IMG/VR virus record: IMGVR_UViG_3300005617_000028
Span: 32,001-96,000 of that record
Length of the DNA stretch: 64,000 nucleotides
Direction: 5' to 3' (one strand)
Source of the DNA: a virus
Position 1 is the stretch's first letter. Each line of letters begins with the position of its first letter. The notes under the pieces are model-generated. The model saw only the letters and a program-made list of their open reading frames with translations, did not search any database and had not been told where the DNA came from. The translations under genes and the position numbers were made by a program. Below are positions 37,247-49,129 of this stretch, in pieces.

Positions 37247-37716
37247 GTACCCGCTATGCCGAACGCACCGAGGTGTCCAGCGACCGCAGCCGGGCCGAGA
37301 TCGAGGCGACCCTGCGCCGCTACGGCGCCTGCGCGTTCGGCTACGCCTGGGAGGACGCCGCCCGCTGCGCCCTGGTCATGTTCGAGATCGACGGGCGCCG
37401 GATCAGGTTCCGGCTGCCGCTGCCCGACCGCCACGATCGGGCATTCACCCACACCGCCAGTCGGCGGCTACCCCGCGACCAGGCGGCCCAGGACGCCGAA
37501 TACGAACGCGCTGTCCGGCAACGCTGGCGGGCGCTGGCCCTGGTCATCAAAGCGAAGCTGGAGGCGGTCGCCGCCGGCATCACCACGGTCCAGGACGAGT
37601 TCCTGGCCCAGATCGTGCTACCGGCAGGGCCCACGGTGGGGGAATGGCTCACACCCCAGCTGGATTCGGCCTACGCGGGCCACCAGCTACCCGCCCTGCT
37701 ACCCGGCTCCGGCTGA
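37243..37716 (+). CDS. Conserved phage hypothetical protein
   Basis: YAERTEVSSDRSRAEIEATLRRYGA...RQRWRALALVIKAKLEAV. Confidence 0.75.
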   Translation: MSTRYAERTEVSSDRSRAEIEATLRRYGACAFGYAWEDAARCALVMFEIDGRRIRFRLPLPDRHDRAFTHTASRRLPRDQAAQDAEYERAVRQRWRALALVIKAKLEAVAAGITTVQDEFLAQIVLPAGPTVGEWLTPQLDSAYAGHQLPALLPGSG

Positions 37717-38176
37717 TGCGCCACCTCATCCCCGACGACGGCGCACCGCACGCACCCACCAGCGAATGCGGCTGCGGACCCACCCTGCGCATGCGCCACA
37801 ACCGCCGAGAGATGGTCCACCACCGGCAGGCCACCCGGTCACCCGGACGGGGTGGTCCGTCACCACAGCGGATCACCACGGTTGAGCAGACCGGTACGCC
37901 GCCACCGGATTCGGGAGAGGACCCGCGATGATCACCCGCCGCCGCCACGTTCAGATGTGCCTGGGATGGATGTTCGCCGGTGGGGGTGCCGCCGCCCTGC
38001 TCGCGTTCGCGGACATGCCGTTTCCCGTCTGGGTGATCGTGTTCACCGGGCTGGCCCTGGGGGTCTGCTATCTGGATGCGCTGCTGCACAAGACGACGTA
38101 ATGACGGGGTGAAACCGGCCCTGCGGTTTTCGGTATTGACGGGGGAACCGAAACTGCCAGGGAAAGCGAGCCCACC

Positions 38177-39301
38177 GTGTCGACAACTGCTGAACAGATC
38201 ACCTCGGAGAAGATGCGCGCCAAACTCCATCCGTTGTCCTACGTCCGGGAAGCGCTGGCCCGCACCGAACCGCTGGCCACCTACGCCTTTTCTGTCGGAA
38301 AAGAGGTCCGCTTCCGCATCCAGCCCGGCTGGCACCACGGGGTGGAGGCCAAAGACGGCCACGAGCTGGTGGACGCCTATCTGCGCATCGGGTCCGGCTC
38401 GGCCGGCAACGAATTTCGTCTCACCAAGGATTCGCTCCTGGAGGCCACCAGCCTGTGCGGGCTCGGCAAGGGGTACGCCTCACGGTGTCCGGCCGAGCTG
38501 GTGGAGCCCCACCTGAACTACTGGTTCCGGGAGGGTCTGGGCGGGCGCCCCATCCGCGACTTCCAACTCCTGGTGGCCGGCGACGCCGGGGCGGCCATCA
38601 CCCGGGCCAGCATCCAACCGTTTTCGAATGTCCGCCTCGTCGACCAGGCCCTGGCCGGTATCGCCGCCAAGTACGGCGAGTCGGAGGTACTGGTCGACTA
38701 CAAATTCAGCCACTCCCTGCGCCGCACCCACGTCCGGCTCATCGTGCCCGAACAGCAGCGGGTCATCCAGCGCACCGGTACCGCCGCCGACGCCTGGTCG
38801 CTGGGCATCCAACTCAACAACAGCCTGATCGGGGCGGAGAGCACCAGCATCTCCGGCTACCTGTTCCGCTGGTTCTGCACCAACGGCGCCACCGACACGA
38901 TGGCCACCTCCGGCGTCTACAGCCGCCGCGGAGCCGGCCGGGAGCAGGAAGTGTACGAGTGGGCCCGCGCCGCCGTAGACGACGTTCTGGGCGGTCTGGA
39001 GCCGGCCCTGGACAACGTACAGGCGATGGTGGACATCCCGATTGAAGGCGAAGCCAACCAGGTCCTCCGCGACGTGTTCCAGCACTACCGCACCCCGCTG
39101 CCCGAGCGGGCCCGCATCATCGAACGCATGGTGGAGGCCGGGGAACTGACCATGTACTCGGTGATGGCCGCTATCACCGAGGTCGCCAACGACCCGAGCA
39201 TGAGCCCCGCCCACGTGGACGGTCTGCTCCGGATGGGCGGCGACTTGCCGCACGCGGCCACCTCCCGGTGCACCGCATGCCGCCGGCTGCTGCCTCACTG
39301 A
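38177..39301 (+). CDS. DUF932-like protein
   Basis: GIQLNNSLIG..STSISGYLFRWFCTNG...TMYSVMAAITEVAN. Confidence 0.65.
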   Translation: MSTTAEQITSEKMRAKLHPLSYVREALARTEPLATYAFSVGKEVRFRIQPGWHHGVEAKDGHELVDAYLRIGSGSAGNEFRLTKDSLLEATSLCGLGKGYASRCPAELVEPHLNYWFREGLGGRPIRDFQLLVAGDAGAAITRASIQPFSNVRLVDQALAGIAAKYGESEVLVDYKFSHSLRRTHVRLIVPEQQRVIQRTGTAADAWSLGIQLNNSLIGAESTSISGYLFRWFCTNGATDTMATSGVYSRRGAGREQEVYEWARAAVDDVLGGLEPALDNVQAMVDIPIEGEANQVLRDVFQHYRTPLPERARIIERMVEAGELTMYSVMAAITEVANDPSMSPAHVDGLLRMGGDLPHAATSRCTACRRLLPH

Positions 39302-39308
39302 GCCCCCG

Positions 39309-42191
39309 GTGAGTCACCTTCTGCGGTATGACCGCGTCATCGGCGAAATCTGCGTCGGCCCGGTCAACGACCGGCCGGCCAACGTGGGCCTGATCCTGAT
39401 GACCCGCCGCCGTATCGGCGGCCTACCCATCACCAGCGGCGGCGCCTGGTTCGAACTCAACCCCACCGAGGCCCGCGAACTGGGCGCCTACCTGGTCCGG
39501 GCCGCCGACGAAGCGGAAGCGGTGCAACCATGATCGAAGTAAACGCCGAACAGCGCTACCGGGAACACGTAGCCGAGGTGGAACGGCACTGGGCCACCGT
39601 GTTACGGCGCAAAGCCATCCACGAAGCCACCGTGACGGCCCAGTACCGGCGCCGGCTACCCACCATCAAAGGCACCAAGCCCGAACAGGTCATTGACGGA
39701 CTGTGCGCCGGGGACACCCAGATCCGCGACGCCAAATCCGGTATCGACCGCAACCAGCGCCTGGCGCTCATGTACGGCATCGGCGCCCTACTGGATCGGC
39801 TGCCACCACTGGACAGCTACCAGCCGGGACGAGTGGGGCACCGTGTGCTCACATGGGACTCAGACGAAACGGTGCGGGACATACCGTGACCGAGACCGAG
39901 ACGCTGTCGTCGTTCGAGATGTGCACCACACCGTGCCGGCGGCGCTGCCACGTGGCCCGCACCGTCAGCCTCAACCGGGCCAAGGACCGACAGGGCCGCC
40001 GTGGCTCCACCCTCTGTGGCCAGTACGCGATAGACGAAGAGTGGGCCAACTCACCACCCGGTCGACGGCTCGTTGTGGTGGTGGCGTTGCCACCGTGTCG
40101 CACGTGCATGCGTGTGGTGCGGACCCGCACCCACGCCCCCTGAACAGCGGTTGTGCTGCACCGACCGCGCGTGTCATGGTCATGGGGACAGCGACTATGG
40201 AGGTTCGAGTCATGATCAGTCAACGCACGCCGCACCCCTCAGAACGCAACCCCTGGCCGGGGCACAACGTACCGGTACCCGTCCGCATCGACGGCAAACG
40301 GGTCCTCTCCGCCATCAAGCTGCTGCCCGCGCCGCGCCAGCCCGCCCACCAGTGGATGGTGGTCACCGAATTCCCCGGGGCCCTGTTCAACCTGCTGCGC
40401 GTGACCTACCGCGACGACCTGTACCAGGTTGCCGACAGCGTCGGTCCGATCGAGTCCTACTCGCAGGCGGTTGCCTGGATGATCCGGGTGGCCCAGTCCC
40501 ACGGAACACCCGCGCAGCTCACCGATTCGACCACGTCATGACCGCCACCCTGGACAGCATCGTGGTGCAACGCGGCGGCGTGTCCTACCAGGTCGACATC
40601 GTCCCCGATTCCTTCACCCACCCCCGCGACTTCGACGACCACCGCTACACCCCGGCCGATGAAGCCAACTACGGGGACGGCTGGCAGTTCGTGTCGGTGT
40701 CGGTCACCCCGGTCGGACATCACCTGTGCGCCGACTTCGATGGAATCGAATACGGGCAGAGCCTGCGCTGGCAGGTGAGTACCGCAGACCTGATCGAGCG
40801 CGCCGACGCCGAAAACTGGTTCGAGGAGGCCCATGCCAAGCTGATCACCGCTACCACCAAGAACCGGTCACGGTGGCTACAGGGCATACGCCGTCTTGTG
40901 GCGGCTGGCCGTAGGGCGCTCGTCAGTATCGTCCGCTGAGCGTGGCCACTGTCGACTGTGGACAACGGGGGAGACGACCATGGCAACCAAGATCACCGTC
41001 ACCGACCGGCCGTGTCCGGACGCTGAACAGCACACCGTGGGCCCGCCCGGATACCTCGCATTCTTCGAGTGGGCCGCGCTCATGAACAAGACGCACCGCC
41101 AGTGCAAATGCTCCGGCTGCGGCTGCTGGATGATCTGGCGGCCACGGCGTGCCACCACGGAGCCACAAGACATCAATGTAAGCTGACCTAGCCGCAACGA
41201 CTACGGGAGTTTGAGTCATGACCGATTCACTGTTTCAGGAACCTGCCGCCGCCGGACCGCCCGAGCCCCCGCGTCTGCGGGGCCGTATGAAACGCCGTTT
41301 CGGGAAGGGCAACGTCTACACCGAGGTGGAGATGGCCGGTCGTCACAAGGCCCTGGAGAAGCAGGGGCGCCACTGCGACGCCAACTCCGGCCGCTGTCTG
41401 CAGGCCGCCACCAGGGCCCTGGAGGTGGTGGAGCTGGACAGCGTCACGGGTGAGCCACACGCCGAACGCGGCGAGCAGCGACGGGTACAGGTGTGCAGTC
41501 AGCACGCACCGATCTACACGCGCAGCTCCCGCTTCCGGGTGATCTCGGAGGAGCGCATCTCCGCGTCCTGAAAAGTCGGCGGCCCCTCCTGGTAGACACG
41601 GGGTGGGGCCGCCGACCTGTAGGGAGAACCGTCGTGACCGCAAACAACCTGTCCGTGTCCCAGGTGACGCTGGACGCCGTACAAGCCACCGCTGTGGTGG
41701 ACCGTCACGTGCATCAGATTGACATCGGCGCCCTGGCCATCCCTGAACAGATTCAGGCTCTCCGCGCGGCGTTCACCAGGGTGAGCGACGCGGGTACGGC
41801 CGGTGGTAGCAGCCAACAGTACCTACAGGCACTGCTGACTCTCGCTACGCGGGCCCTGCTGGCCGCCGAAGCCGGGGAGAACAGCGCAGCCACGGTAGAC
41901 ACGGAAGCCGCCGCACCGACTGAGATACCGCCGGACCCGTATGTCGTGAGCCACCCCGTCTTTGTCCGCAAGCTCGTCGACGCCGCGCTCCAACTGTTGC
42001 TGGCCGAACGCGCGTGCCTTTCTTCCCACCCTGATCCACAGACCGAACGTGCCACGGTGTCTCTGTGCCTGACCGCGCTGGATCTGGTCGCGGAGGTGGA
42101 CCAGCTTCCCCGCGCCGCCCAGCCTGTCGGCTGGCGCCGGTCACACGCCCGCCCGCCAGTAGATTTACGTACACCGAGGGACTTGACTTAA
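39309..42191 (+). other. Run of about 8 small coupled hypothetical ORFs (39309..39533, 39530..39889, 39886..40143, 40212..40541, 40538..40939, 40980..41186, 41218..41571, 41634..42191)
   Basis: ATGA/GTGA overlaps, RBSs, GC3-rich frames; no recognisable families. Confidence 0.55.
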
Positions 42192-42781
42192 GTATGGTCG
42201 CCGCGTTACCATTCCCTGGCCAGGTTGGCTGAGCCGTGGAGGGAGTTCCAATGACCGAGGTCCGCGTTCTTGGCCAGCAGGCAAGGAAGCTCATCGCTGA
42301 GTGCGGTGCCGAGCTGGACGACAATTCCCAGCACGCGCAGCAGCTTGTGGGGTGTGTCATCGCGCCGAGTGGAATCCGGTTCAAAGCCTCGGGCTGCCAC
42401 ACCATCGCCATGAACTACCTGACCGATCGTGCCGCCGGCTGGCGTGCGCTGCTGGCGGACCTGCGCGCGGGCGTGGAGCCATGCGACACACCAGAATGTG
42501 AAATGTGCGACGGCGTTGACCCGGGTAGCGCTGCGCTGCCGGTGGCCGGGCCGGCGAGCCCCACCCGCCGCCGCTACCGCCACGCGCGGTACCACCGGTC
42601 CCGTCCGGACACCACAGCCGTGTGTCCGGACCCAGAGAACTGCCCGCACCCCGGCGCGGTATCCGGCGACTCTTGCGAATGCTGCGGCGCGATCATCCCT
42701 TGACTTCCGCCACCCGGACAAGGTAGGTTCTGTCTACCAGATAGACACCACCGCAACGCAAGGCTTAGGAAAGGTCGGGCC

Positions 42782-43027
42782 ATGAGCGCAACACCCACCG
42801 CGGACGCTCCCAGCGAGGAGCAGACCTGGACCTTCTTCGGGTTCTGGGAGAACGACCGCATCGTCGTACAGTTCGAGACGCCCGGCGAGGTGGACGACGA
42901 CCGCGAAGACGATGGGACACACGAGCAGGGTCTGTGGGCCGCATCCGGCTCTGGCCCGACCATGGAAGAGGCACAGCGGCTCGTCGTTGCGGAGTACGAA
43001 GACGCCGAAGACGAGGACCTGTCATGA
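42782..43027 (+). CDS. Small acidic early protein
   Basis: Behind the promoter at 42700. Confidence 0.7.
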   Translation: MSATPTADAPSEEQTWTFFGFWENDRIVVQFETPGEVDDDREDDGTHEQGLWAASGSGPTMEEAQRLVVAEYEDAEDEDLS

Positions 43028-43551
43028 GCGCCGCTGTCATGCATCCTTACCCAGACACGCTCGCGAAAGCACGAAAGGTAGGAGCGAGTAAGGCCAATGA
43101 TGTTGAGCTGCTGGCGCTCTACTGCGCCGATGTTCTACAGATCATTGTCGGGGCGGTGTCACCTCGACTTGTGTTTGAGGCCGCCCAGCAAAGAGGCATG
43201 ACCGCCCTCGATCTCGCAGCGCTCACACTCTCTGACCCCGCCGCCGTGTCCGAACTGCAATGGGACCTGTCATGAGCGCCGCTAGCGACCTGCGCCGGGC
43301 CGAGGCCGTCCTGACTGAGCTGCTGGCCACCTACGCCAAGCACGGCTGCACCCCGGCCGAGACGGAGGACATGGAATCCGTTGTCAAGGCGCGCCGTAAC
43401 GTCGAATTCCTACGGGGCCGGAAGGGGGGCCGAAGGTGACCGCGAATGTACGCCGGGCTGCCGGGAACTCTTGACTTCCGTCACCGGGACAAGGTAGGTT
43501 CTGTCTACGAGATAGACACCACCGAAATACCAGGCTAGGAAAGGTCGAGCC

Positions 43552-43944
43552 ATGAACGGAAACAGAGAACAGGTCATGACCACCGGTGCCGAATACGCTA
43601 GCTTGCCCGCAGACGAGCGCGAGGCTTTGCTGATGCGGCAACACGGCGAAGCGAGAACCGCCAGCCAGCGGTACGCCGCGCTGCTCGTGCTGGAGGCCGG
43701 GGTAAAGGCCCGCGAATTTCTGCCCTCGGTTACGAAGCTGGCTTTCCGGTTGGGTGATGGAGGGTCAGTGGTCACGCTGCTCACCGCCTACGGGGTCGGC
43801 GGGGAGGTTCTGTGGGACCTCGATGTGGATGAAGAGTGGCCCGACGAAAGCCAGGTCGCCGACAACCTGGAGGCGGCCTATGACGCGGATGTCAGGTGCT
43901 TTAAGCGTGACGGTGACCTGCATTGCATCACCGTCGACTGGTGA
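43552..43944 (+). CDS. Small early protein
   Basis: Behind the promoter at 43471. Confidence 0.7.
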   Translation: MNGNREQVMTTGAEYASLPADEREALLMRQHGEARTASQRYAALLVLEAGVKAREFLPSVTKLAFRLGDGGSVVTLLTAYGVGGEVLWDLDVDEEWPDESQVADNLEAAYDADVRCFKRDGDLHCITVDW

Positions 43945-43997
43945 CACCATCCCGTCACTCGTGTACGCAGTTTCTGACTAAGGAGTTTCGAGTCATC

Positions 43998-44723
43998 ATG
44001 AGTAATGTCAACCCGCCCAGCTACACCTTTGAGGAGCCGATCGGCACGATCCGTGTCGACGTGCTCACCGCCGAGGAGAACGACAGTCGTCGGCTCGCGC
44101 CGGAGCTTCAACCGCGTATCCGTGTGGACGCGACGCTGACCGTTCGCGGTGTGGCTTACCGCGTCTTCGCCAAATACCGGTGGGAGCGGACCGGTCACGC
44201 GGTCTATTCCCACGGCAATCCGACCGGCGCCCATACTTATTGGCAGGAGATCGACAGTCAGTACACCCGTGTCGACTCCGGTAAGCGGCCTGACTACAGC
44301 ACACCTACTTACCGCACTCTGTACGACACAGTGTGGCGCGTGCTCGGCCGGCTGGTCGCCGACCATCCCGAGTGGCAGCATGCCTCTCTGGTGGCCCGGC
44401 TGCGGAAGTTGGCCGCTGAGTCTGAGCAGACCGCTGCATCGGCCCGGTACCAGTGGATGGAAGCCACCACCAGGGCGGCCGCGCTGCGCGGCGAGCTGGC
44501 CACCGCCCTACTCGACCACAGTGCCGGGGTCAGCGGTGTGTGTCAGCACTGCGACCAACCAGTACGGCTGTCGGTCGACCCGTCGGTTCCCTGGGTGCAC
44601 ACGCAGACTGGTAACGGTTACTGCGACGTGTACGTACCCGTAGATGCGGTCATGTTGGCCGGCACGTCCGGCCGTACCGAGGCCAGCCCGTTGGCACAGA
44701 GCATTCAGGGAGAGCAGTCATGA
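43998..44723 (+). CDS. Hypothetical protein
   Basis: AAGGAG RBS; C-terminal CQHC..WVH...C. Confidence 0.65.
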   Translation: MSNVNPPSYTFEEPIGTIRVDVLTAEENDSRRLAPELQPRIRVDATLTVRGVAYRVFAKYRWERTGHAVYSHGNPTGAHTYWQEIDSQYTRVDSGKRPDYSTPTYRTLYDTVWRVLGRLVADHPEWQHASLVARLRKLAAESEQTAASARYQWMEATTRAAALRGELATALLDHSAGVSGVCQHCDQPVRLSVDPSVPWVHTQTGNGYCDVYVPVDAVMLAGTSGRTEASPLAQSIQGEQS

Positions 44724-44953
44724 CAGTCCGAGGCGTGTTCCTGGTAGGGCTGACCGTTGCGGTCGGCGGGCTGGGCCTGGTCTTCTTCCCGCCCCTGGTC
44801 GTGGTCCTCATCGTGGCGCTCTGCCTGAGCCGGTTACGCCGGACCGCCAAGACTGGCAGTTGACAGGGCACCTGACCAGCGACTATGTTCTGTCTACGAG
44901 CTAGACACCCCGCCGAAGGCTAAGCACCTTCCAGCCACATAAGGACGGACATC

Positions 44954-45208
44954 ATGGTAGTCATCACTGCCCGCACCGATCTCGCGCCTCTCACCGGCGT
45001 ACGGGTGCGCATCCAGAACACAGTGCGCGGTGAGCGGTTCACGCGCTACGGCGTGTTCACGGAGTTGTGGCACAGCGACGGCGCCCGGACCGGCATGGGC
45101 CCCCACGCTGGTGGCTACCTCACCGAGGAGCCGCACGGTTCCTGCCGGGGCGGCAATACGGCGTTCTGCCTGGACTACAACGACTCCACTGTGGAGGTTG
45201 CGCGATGA
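44954..45208 (+). CDS. Small early protein
   Basis: Behind the promoter at 44860. Confidence 0.65.
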   Translation: MVVITARTDLAPLTGVRVRIQNTVRGERFTRYGVFTELWHSDGARTGMGPHAGGYLTEEPHGSCRGGNTAFCLDYNDSTVEVAR

Positions 45209-45684
45209 GCGCGGTCGGGAGTCGGGTTCGTCTGCTCGCCTGGGGCTCGGACGAGGCACTGCGGGAAGACAGCGTGCCGCACGGCACCGAAGGCACCGTG
45301 GTCGCGGTAGAAGACGACGTCAACATGATTCACGTCCGGTGGGACACCGGCCTAGAGCTGGGGCTGATCCCCGAACACGACCGGTGGGAAGAGGTGGCAC
45401 CTTCGGTGACCGAGGTCGACCGCATCAGCAAACGCGCTCACGTGGCCGCGCTCCGGGCCGGGAACTTCTGCTACATCTACTCCGGCTCTGACCGTACCGA
45501 GGTCGCCGAGCGCGCCCGTACGGGGGAAGTGGGGATGACCGCTGCCAACCTCGATACCGAGGTGACCTGGCTACAGCCGCAACACTTCCACGAGACCTAC
45601 CAGCGGCTCTGTGACGCGGTCGGCTACCGCAACGTATACCTGATGCCCAGTACCGAGGGGAACGGCGCGGAGGCTGGTCCGTGA
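45205..45684 (+). CDS. DUF4314 (SH3-like) domain protein
   Basis: GSRVRL...VPHGTEGTVVAVEDD..MIHVRWDTGLELGLIPEHD. Confidence 0.8.
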   Translation: MSAVGSRVRLLAWGSDEALREDSVPHGTEGTVVAVEDDVNMIHVRWDTGLELGLIPEHDRWEEVAPSVTEVDRISKRAHVAALRAGNFCYIYSGSDRTEVAERARTGEVGMTAANLDTEVTWLQPQHFHETYQRLCDAVGYRNVYLMPSTEGNGAEAGP

Positions 45685-45961
45685 GCCTGTTTCCTACCCC
45701 ACAGGACTACGCAGCCAACCCGCCCGGTAGCTGGACGATACAACGGCTGACACGCCGTCTGTACGCGCTCTGCGCGAGGGACGGCCGGGTGCTGGCCACC
45801 TACCCGCGCCGTGGTGACGCGGTCCGTGACGCAGACAGGATCAGAGCACAGTACGACCAGGAGAGACGCGCGACCACCGTAGACACTCGCTCTTGACTTA
45901 GGTCTACCGCCCGGTGTACCTTACGTATGTAGGCAAACGAGCGACACCAGGAGGCGCCACC

Positions 45962-46192
45962 ATGAACGATCAGGTACCCGCCAAGGAACCGACGGTAACC
46001 GTAAGTCTTCCGCGCAGTTACAGACTAGTCATCGAGTGTGGTGCGCCGGGCGAGAACATCGATGGTGCCGTGCGGCAGGCTACCGCCTGGTTGTGCGACA
46101 GCATCGACGAGAGTGGTGAGCATGACTTGACCGTAACGGTGACCGATGAAACGGGCGAGCTTGTCGCTCAGCACCAGTATCAAGCTCATTAG
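45962..46192 (+). CDS. Small early protein
   Basis: AGGAGG RBS within the duplicated module. Confidence 0.7.
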   Translation: MNDQVPAKEPTVTVSLPRSYRLVIECGAPGENIDGAVRQATAWLCDSIDESGEHDLTVTVTDETGELVAQHQYQAH

Positions 46193-46292
46193 GGACGCGC
46201 GTGTCCACCGTAGACACTCGCTCTTGACTTAGGTCTACTGTTTGGTGTATCTTACGTATGTAAGCAAGCGAGCGACACCAGGAGGCGCCACC

Positions 46293-46565
46293 ATGAACGA
46301 CCAGGTTTCCGTTACCGAGGTGGTCGACCTGTCCGACGAGCTGACCGGCGAGGCCGAACACATCCGCGATAGCGGCGTATCCACCGAGGCCGAGGTCCAC
46401 CGGTTCTGGCACCGCATCAACGGGCCGGCCGAGGAGGTCGGGTGTCCGTGGGATGCTTGTCACAATCCGCGGGATGACTACGACGGGCCGGCCTGGTGTG
46501 GCCAGTGGATCGACTCGGCCGACTACTGCTCCGGCGACCACGGCGCCGAACAACAACCGTTCTGA
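46293..46565 (+). CDS. Small early Cys/His protein
   Basis: AGGAGG RBS within the duplicated module; shares the MNDQV start with 45962. Confidence 0.7.
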   Translation: MNDQVSVTEVVDLSDELTGEAEHIRDSGVSTEAEVHRFWHRINGPAEEVGCPWDACHNPRDDYDGPAWCGQWIDSADYCSGDHGAEQQPF

Positions 46566-46601
46566 GTCCGCACAACCGTTGAGGCTAGGGAGAATCAAGC
46601 C

Positions 46602-47225
46602 ATGAAACCGCTCACCACACTTGCCGCCGAGGTTGACCAGATCCGCGAAACGCTGTTTGGTATCGCCCGCGCGCACCGCTCGGTGATCCCACCGGCCGAG
46701 GTCGTCGCGACCGAGGCGGCAACGCTGGCCCAGCAACTGGGCGAGGTCATCTCCGCGCTCCTGGCGCCTGCGGGCCTGCTCTCCTCTGTGGAGTGGACAG
46801 CGGACCTGGCAGACGCGGAGGTCGCCACGCTCGACGACCAGAGCCGAAGGCTACTCGCCAACGCGCTACGTGAGGCGTGGAATGACAAGCAGGACTGGGC
46901 AGTCCTGGACAAGGTACGGGGCCGCATCGCTGGCAAATACCCGTTCGCGGATGCGCGCGTGGTTCTGTTCACCGCCTCGGAGTGGGACAACGGGTGGTAT
47001 CTAGATGACACTGCCGCCGTCTTCTTCGCGGACGGTACCTCGGATTCCAATGTGGATTTCGGGTGCACCACGGAGCTAACCGAGGGACACGGCAGCGTCG
47101 GGCCTGATTCAGCGCTGGCCGTCAACCTCCGCACGGGTGAGATGTTTTTCGACGATTACCGCGCCAACGTCACCGAGAAAATGTGTGAGTGGTTGGGACT
47201 TGCGGAGCTGCCGCCGAGCGCGTAA
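46602..47225 (+). CDS. Hypothetical protein
   Basis: Conserved leader AATCAAGCCATG; SEWDNGWY motif. Confidence 0.7.
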   Translation: MKPLTTLAAEVDQIRETLFGIARAHRSVIPPAEVVATEAATLAQQLGEVISALLAPAGLLSSVEWTADLADAEVATLDDQSRRLLANALREAWNDKQDWAVLDKVRGRIAGKYPFADARVVLFTASEWDNGWYLDDTAAVFFADGTSDSNVDFGCTTELTEGHGSVGPDSALAVNLRTGEMFFDDYRANVTEKMCEWLGLAELPPSA

Positions 47226-47277
47226 GGTCCTGTCTATCAGCTAGACACCGCACACCGAGGCTAAGGACAATCAAGCC

Positions 47278-47661
47278 ATGACAAGCATCATCGACAGTGA
47301 GCCGACCCATATCCGGCGTGACCGGTCCATCGAGTTTCAGTGGCCGGTACGACCGGGCAAGTGTGACAGTCTCGACGGCCAGGGAACCGTGCACGCCGTT
47401 CTGTACGTGTCACACGATGGCGACGTCAAACGGTTCCGGGCCAGCACGCACCCGGCCACCATCTACCCGAACGGCGTAACCAGCATGGAGATCTCCCTGC
47501 TCGCGCAGGGCTTCCGGTTCAGTGAGTCCACGCCGCGCTACAGCGTGAAAGCGTTGGAAGCGTTCGCGCTGCGGGCCGTCGCCGCGCTGCGTACCGCGTA
47601 CGCCGCTGGCGACACTAAGGTACTGGCGCTGTTTGACACGGAGCCGGCAACGGCAGAATAG
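47278..47661 (+). CDS. Small early protein
   Basis: Behind the operator at 47231. Confidence 0.7.
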   Translation: MTSIIDSEPTHIRRDRSIEFQWPVRPGKCDSLDGQGTVHAVLYVSHDGDVKRFRASTHPATIYPNGVTSMEISLLAQGFRFSESTPRYSVKALEAFALRAVAALRTAYAAGDTKVLALFDTEPATAE

Positions 47662-47747
47662 ACAAGGGCTTGACACGCAGCCCCCGACCACATAGATTCT
47701 GTCTATCAGCTAGACACCGCACCACCGAGGCTAAGGAAAATCAAGCC

Positions 47748-48062
47748 ATGGCACAGCAAGTGGTAACCCTGCCCGACTCGTTGATCAACGCAATCCGGGT
47801 GGTCTGCGCAGACACGGACACCGATCCGGGCGCAGCGGTTGAGGCCGCGCTGCTCATCACGTACGGATACGCGCTGTACCGGGCAGCCGATTCGATCGAG
47901 CCGACCAGCATCGTGATACCCAAGGCGCAGTGGCTACAGATCGCTGAGATGCTGGTCAGTGGTCGGGGCCCGGCGGTCGACCGCGCAAACCTCGGACTGA
48001 CGTGGATGAACCTCGGGCCATCATCGGCCGACGCTTACAGAAGTGGGCAGGTTCCGGCATGA
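47748..48062 (+). CDS. Small early protein
   Basis: Behind the promoter at 47670. Confidence 0.7.
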   Translation: MAQQVVTLPDSLINAIRVVCADTDTDPGAAVEAALLITYGYALYRAADSIEPTSIVIPKAQWLQIAEMLVSGRGPAVDRANLGLTWMNLGPSSADAYRSGQVPA

Positions 48063-48255
48063 GTGACACACGAGTCAAGTTGGCCGCGCTGCGCAAGGCG
48101 AGCGAGGGACCGGACCCGTACGCCGAGGCGGATGCGGACCACACGCCGGTCCGCACGGTGCCGGGTGAGGATGGTTTCGAGTGTGGCCGGTGCGGGCTGG
48201 CCATCACGGCCGACGCGCGGAGGCACGGACACATCGCGGACGGGAAGTGAGCACC

Positions 48256-48486
48256 ATGAGCGGAGCCACCACACAACGGTGCGTCAACGACGATCCGTCC
48301 TGCCGGGGCCCGGTGGAGCTGCGCACGGCGCTGTCAGGTACGGGTACGCCGTTCCCGCGCTGCGAGCTGCACTGGCAGAAACGGCTAGACCTGGAAGAGG
48401 GGTTGCGCGAGCGGTATCCGGTGCACCCGCCAGCGGGCTGGTCGCCGGCCGACATTGGCGAGAGCTGGAGTGAGGAGGACTACTGA
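48256..48486 (+). CDS. Conserved small actinophage protein
   Basis: CRGPVELR.ALSGTG.PFPRC..HW..RL...RYP...GESWSEEDY. Confidence 0.7.
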   Translation: MSGATTQRCVNDDPSCRGPVELRTALSGTGTPFPRCELHWQKRLDLEEGLRERYPVHPPAGWSPADIGESWSEEDY

Positions 48487-48797
48487 TGTTCTACGTGACG
48501 ATTGTTCGTGACAGTAGGCAGGTTGGGGTACTGGCCGGGCCTTTCAACTCGGCCGAAGACGCGCAGCCGTGGGTGGAGCGCACCCGCGTCGCAGCGATCG
48601 CGGTAGACCGGTGGCCACACTTCGACGCTTTCGGCGTGTCGCACATCCCCGGACGGGGCGCGCCCGGCCGTCTCAACGCTCGCCTGGGGCTGCTGCCGGC
48701 CGGCTCGGTCGGGTACCGGGTCTGGCGACAGGGACCGGTCACGCACGCTGCCTCACATGAGGCCGCCGGTACCGTGCGTTCGGTACCGTCCGTCTGA
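48486..48797 (+). CDS. Hypothetical protein
   Basis: FYVTIVRD...LAGPF...PGRLN; TGATG coupling. Confidence 0.65.
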   Translation: MFYVTIVRDSRQVGVLAGPFNSAEDAQPWVERTRVAAIAVDRWPHFDAFGVSHIPGRGAPGRLNARLGLLPAGSVGYRVWRQGPVTHAASHEAAGTVRSVPSV

Positions 48798-49129
48798 TGG
48801 ATGACGAGGAGGCCGGCCGGCTCGCGCGGGAAGACGGCTACGTGACCTGTGACGAGTGTGGGCACATGATGGAGCGCCACGACACCACGGGCTGTCAGAC
48901 GGCGATTGACGGCGGTTGCCCGTGCCAGGTACGGGTTACGCAGACGGAGATCCGCGCGATACGTGTCCGGTACGGACTGCCGGCCCGGTTCGACCGCAAC
49001 CTCTTGATGCCGTAAGCCACCTGTAGCGCAGACAGGCTACAGCGGCGCGCGACAGCGCTTGACGTAGGTACACCGACGGGTGTACGTTCACCACATCAGC
49101 AAAGCACGGCTACGGAAAGTTGGAGCCAC